A DNA stretch of 64,000 nucleotides from NCBI GenBank assembly GCA_965240335.1, contig CBDEKM010000018.1:73417-137416 (forward strand). The letters run 5' to 3'. The DNA is from a bacterium. GTDB lineage: Bacteria; JAAXHH01. This document shows positions 61,878 to 64,000 of the stretch, in pieces. A model generated the notes under the pieces. That model was not told where the DNA came from. It worked only from the letters and a program-made list of their open reading frames with translations, and made no database searches. The first letter of the stretch is position 1. Each line of letters opens with the position of its first letter. The position numbers were made by a program, and so were the translations under genes.

Positions 61878-62455
61878 GGCACACCACAATTGTTCTTTTC
61901 CTGTTTATTATGGCAGGATGCGGCGGCAACGATAAACCCACCGCACCTGAAACGCCCGACCCACCCGACCCACCCGAACAACCACCGGTCGTTATGCCTG
62001 ATTCGCCTTTCGCGGATATAGAGCGGGAAATCCTGGCGGGCATCAACGTATACCGGGGACAGGGTGGCACGTGCGGCGATGAATCCTTTGATCCATCTTC
62101 TCCGCTTTCCTGGGACGGCGACCTGGCCGAAGCCGCGAGGGGCCACATGGAGGACCACCTGGCAAACGATCTTACTTCCGAACCGCATACCGGATCGGAT
62201 GGATCAAGCTTAGGTGATAGAGTGACGGCTGCAAGCACACGGACGGCCTGGCTCGCCCTCGGTGAGAATGTAGCCTACAGCCAGGGAACACCACGCAACC
62301 AACTGAAAGAAGCCTGGCTGACCGCATGGCATGAATCGCCGGTCCACTGTAGAAACCAGCTCCACCTTGTTTTCAACCGGGCCGGTGTGAGCATTGGGAC
62401 AAGGGCCGGGCGACATGTAGGCGTCGTCGTATTCGGCCAGAAAGCCGGGGCATGA
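61874..62455 (+). CDS. CAP (SCP) domain lipoprotein
   Basis: Lipobox MAGC, Pro-rich linker, INVYR, AARGH, HTGSDGS, GENVA, WHESPVHC. Confidence 0.85.
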   Translation: MRHTTIVLFLFIMAGCGGNDKPTAPETPDPPDPPEQPPVVMPDSPFADIEREILAGINVYRGQGGTCGDESFDPSSPLSWDGDLAEAARGHMEDHLANDLTSEPHTGSDGSSLGDRVTAASTRTAWLALGENVAYSQGTPRNQLKEAWLTAWHESPVHCRNQLHLVFNRAGVSIGTRAGRHVGVVVFGQKAGA

Positions 62456-62459
62456 TCGT

Positions 62460-64000
62460 CTACAGATCCAGCGTTGTCTTTACTTCTTCCGCCAGCCCGC
62501 TTCCCAGCGGTACATCCTTCATCAGCCCCGTTCGCCGTACCTTCAGTTCCACAACGCCCTTCGCGACTCCTCGCGCACCTACGGTCAGCCTGATCGGAAT
62601 CCCCATCAAATCCGCGTCGTTGAATTTAACGCCCGCCCGGTCGTCCCGGTCGTCGTAGAGCACTTCCAGTCCCGCCGAGGACAGGGTGTCATAGACCGAT
62701 TCCGCAACTTCCGTCACATGCGGATCGACGCCGGACAGGTCGATCAGGACCACCTGGAAGGGTGCGATGTTCACGGGCCAGCAGATTCCGTTGTCATCAT
62801 GGTGGCGCTCCACGATGGACGCCATGAGGCGGTCTACGCCTATGCCGTAACATCCCATGACCATCGGGCGAGAAACATTCTGCCGGTCCAGGTACCTCGC
62901 GTTCATGGCCGTACTGTACTTGTCCCCCAGCTTGAAGATGTTGCCGACTTCGATGCCCTGGTCAGCCTGGAGGATACCGCCACAGGACGGGCAAGCGCTG
63001 CCATCGCCGGCCGCGGCGATGGCAGCGACGAGATCGGCTTTGTAGTCCCGGCCGTAATTCACATTGGCGAAATGATAGTCTATCCGGTTGGCTCCGGCGA
63101 CCAGGTTGAAACTGGAAGGTATCAGATCGTCGACGACGAGAAGCACCCCGGACCGATCGATGCCGAGCGGCGAGCCGAAGCCCGGTTCGGCTCCCACGTC
63201 CCGGATCTCTGCCGGCAGGGCCGGCCGGAGTTGAAGCGCTCCGACGGCGTTGGCCAGCTTGTTTTCGCCGAGTTCCATATCACCCCTCAGCACCGCGAAA
63301 ACGAACCGGTCCTCCGGCACGCCCTGCTCGTCCGCGATGGTGGCGACCATGAACAACGCCTTGGCGGTCTTCGACGCTGGAATATCCAGAAAACGGGCGA
63401 GATCGTCGATCGTGGCGGTGTCCGGGGTGTGGATCTCTTCGATCGGCAACGGTTTTTCCGGGGCCGGAATTTCTTTACCAAAACGGGCGACCTGCCTGTT
63501 GGCCCGGTAACCGCATGCTCCGCAGGACAGGATCGTGTCTTCTCCGGACGGCGTGAGTTCGATGAATTCATGGGCGTCCGAACCGCCCATCATCCCCGGG
63601 TCGCTGCTCACCGCGACCGCTTCGAGTCCGCAACGGCGGAATATGTTGCAGTAGGCCTGATAGACCTTCTCGTACCAGACGTCCAGGTCCTCGGTATCCA
63701 CATGAAAAGAGTAACCGTCCTTCATCGTAAACTCGCGTACACGGATCAGACCGCCCCGGGGGCGCGGCTCGTCCCTGAACTTCGTCTGAATCTGGTAAAG
63801 CAGGCACGGTAACTGCCGATAGCTTCTGACCACGTCGCGAATCAGCGATGTCACCACTTCCTCGTGCGTCATGGCCAGGCAGAGATCCCGGTCGTTTCGG
63901 TCCTTCAGCCGGGCCATGTCGCTGCCAATCTGTTGCCAGCGGCCGCTTTCCCGCCATAGGTCCGCGGGTTGGACCACGGGCATGGACACCTCCTGCCCTC
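62460..64000 (-). CDS. proS: Proline--tRNA ligase (5' end outside window)
   Basis: KFRDEPRPRGGLIRVREFTMKD, INS editing domain, GIEVGNIFKLG, MGCYGIGV, GVKFNDADLMGIP. Confidence 0.96.
   Translation of the reverse strand, partial: GQEVSMPVVQPADLWRESGRWQQIGSDMARLKDRNDRDLCLAMTHEEVVTSLIRDVVRSYRQLPCLLYQIQTKFRDEPRPRGGLIRVREFTMKDGYSFHVDTEDLDVWYEKVYQAYCNIFRRCGLEAVAVSSDPGMMGGSDAHEFIELTPSGEDTILSCGACGYRANRQVARFGKEIPAPEKPLPIEEIHTPDTATIDDLARFLDIPASKTAKALFMVATIADEQGVPEDRFVFAVLRGDMELGENKLANAVGALQLRPALPAEIRDVGAEPGFGSPLGIDRSGVLLVVDDLIPSSFNLVAGANRIDYHFANVNYGRDYKADLVAAIAAAGDGSACPSCGGILQADQGIEVGNIFKLGDKYSTAMNARYLDRQNVSRPMVMGCYGIGVDRLMASIVERHHDDNGICWPVNIAPFQVVLIDLSGVDPHVTEVAESVYDTLSSAGLEVLYDDRDDRAGVKFNDADLMGIPIRLTVGARGVAKGVVELKVRRTGLMKDVPLGSGLAEEVKTTLDL

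Overview
A GC-rich bacterial chromosomal segment made up mostly of housekeeping and transport/sugar-acid genes, with no integrase, transposase, prophage or CRISPR array visible. The left end has pgpA-pgsA and recR-ybaB-dnaX, a large Alu-domain SRP RNA, four tRNAs and tadA. Next comes a seven-gene sugar-acid operon (enolase-superfamily enzyme, cupin, KDPG aldolase, nucleotidyltransferase, glucuronokinase-like GHMP kinase, LarA-family racemase/epimerase, gamma-CA family protein). It is followed by a peptide ABC operon with a DUF368 gene wedged between its permeases, tilS-hpt-ftsH-folP-rnz, an Fe3+/polyamine-type ABC transporter with a frameshifted permease, a CdaA-CdaR fusion diadenylate cyclase and a sugar ABC transporter. 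A ~1 kb AT-rich islet encodes a DUF6338-like membrane protein and an unannotated 38-aa peptide with nine consecutive prolines. The right half has SRAP, a membrane protein/triple-HhH lipoprotein pair beside tRNA-Pro, a xylonate-dehydratase operon, gltA, ispG, an ECF sigma/zinc anti-sigma pair, a split acyl-CoA carboxylase and proS. All calls come from reading motifs by eye; no database searches were run. The best candidates for undescribed systems are the DUF6338 plus polyproline peptide module, the LarA/glucuronokinase-like operon, the oppB-DUF368-oppC-oppA arrangement and the membrane protein/HhH lipoprotein pair.
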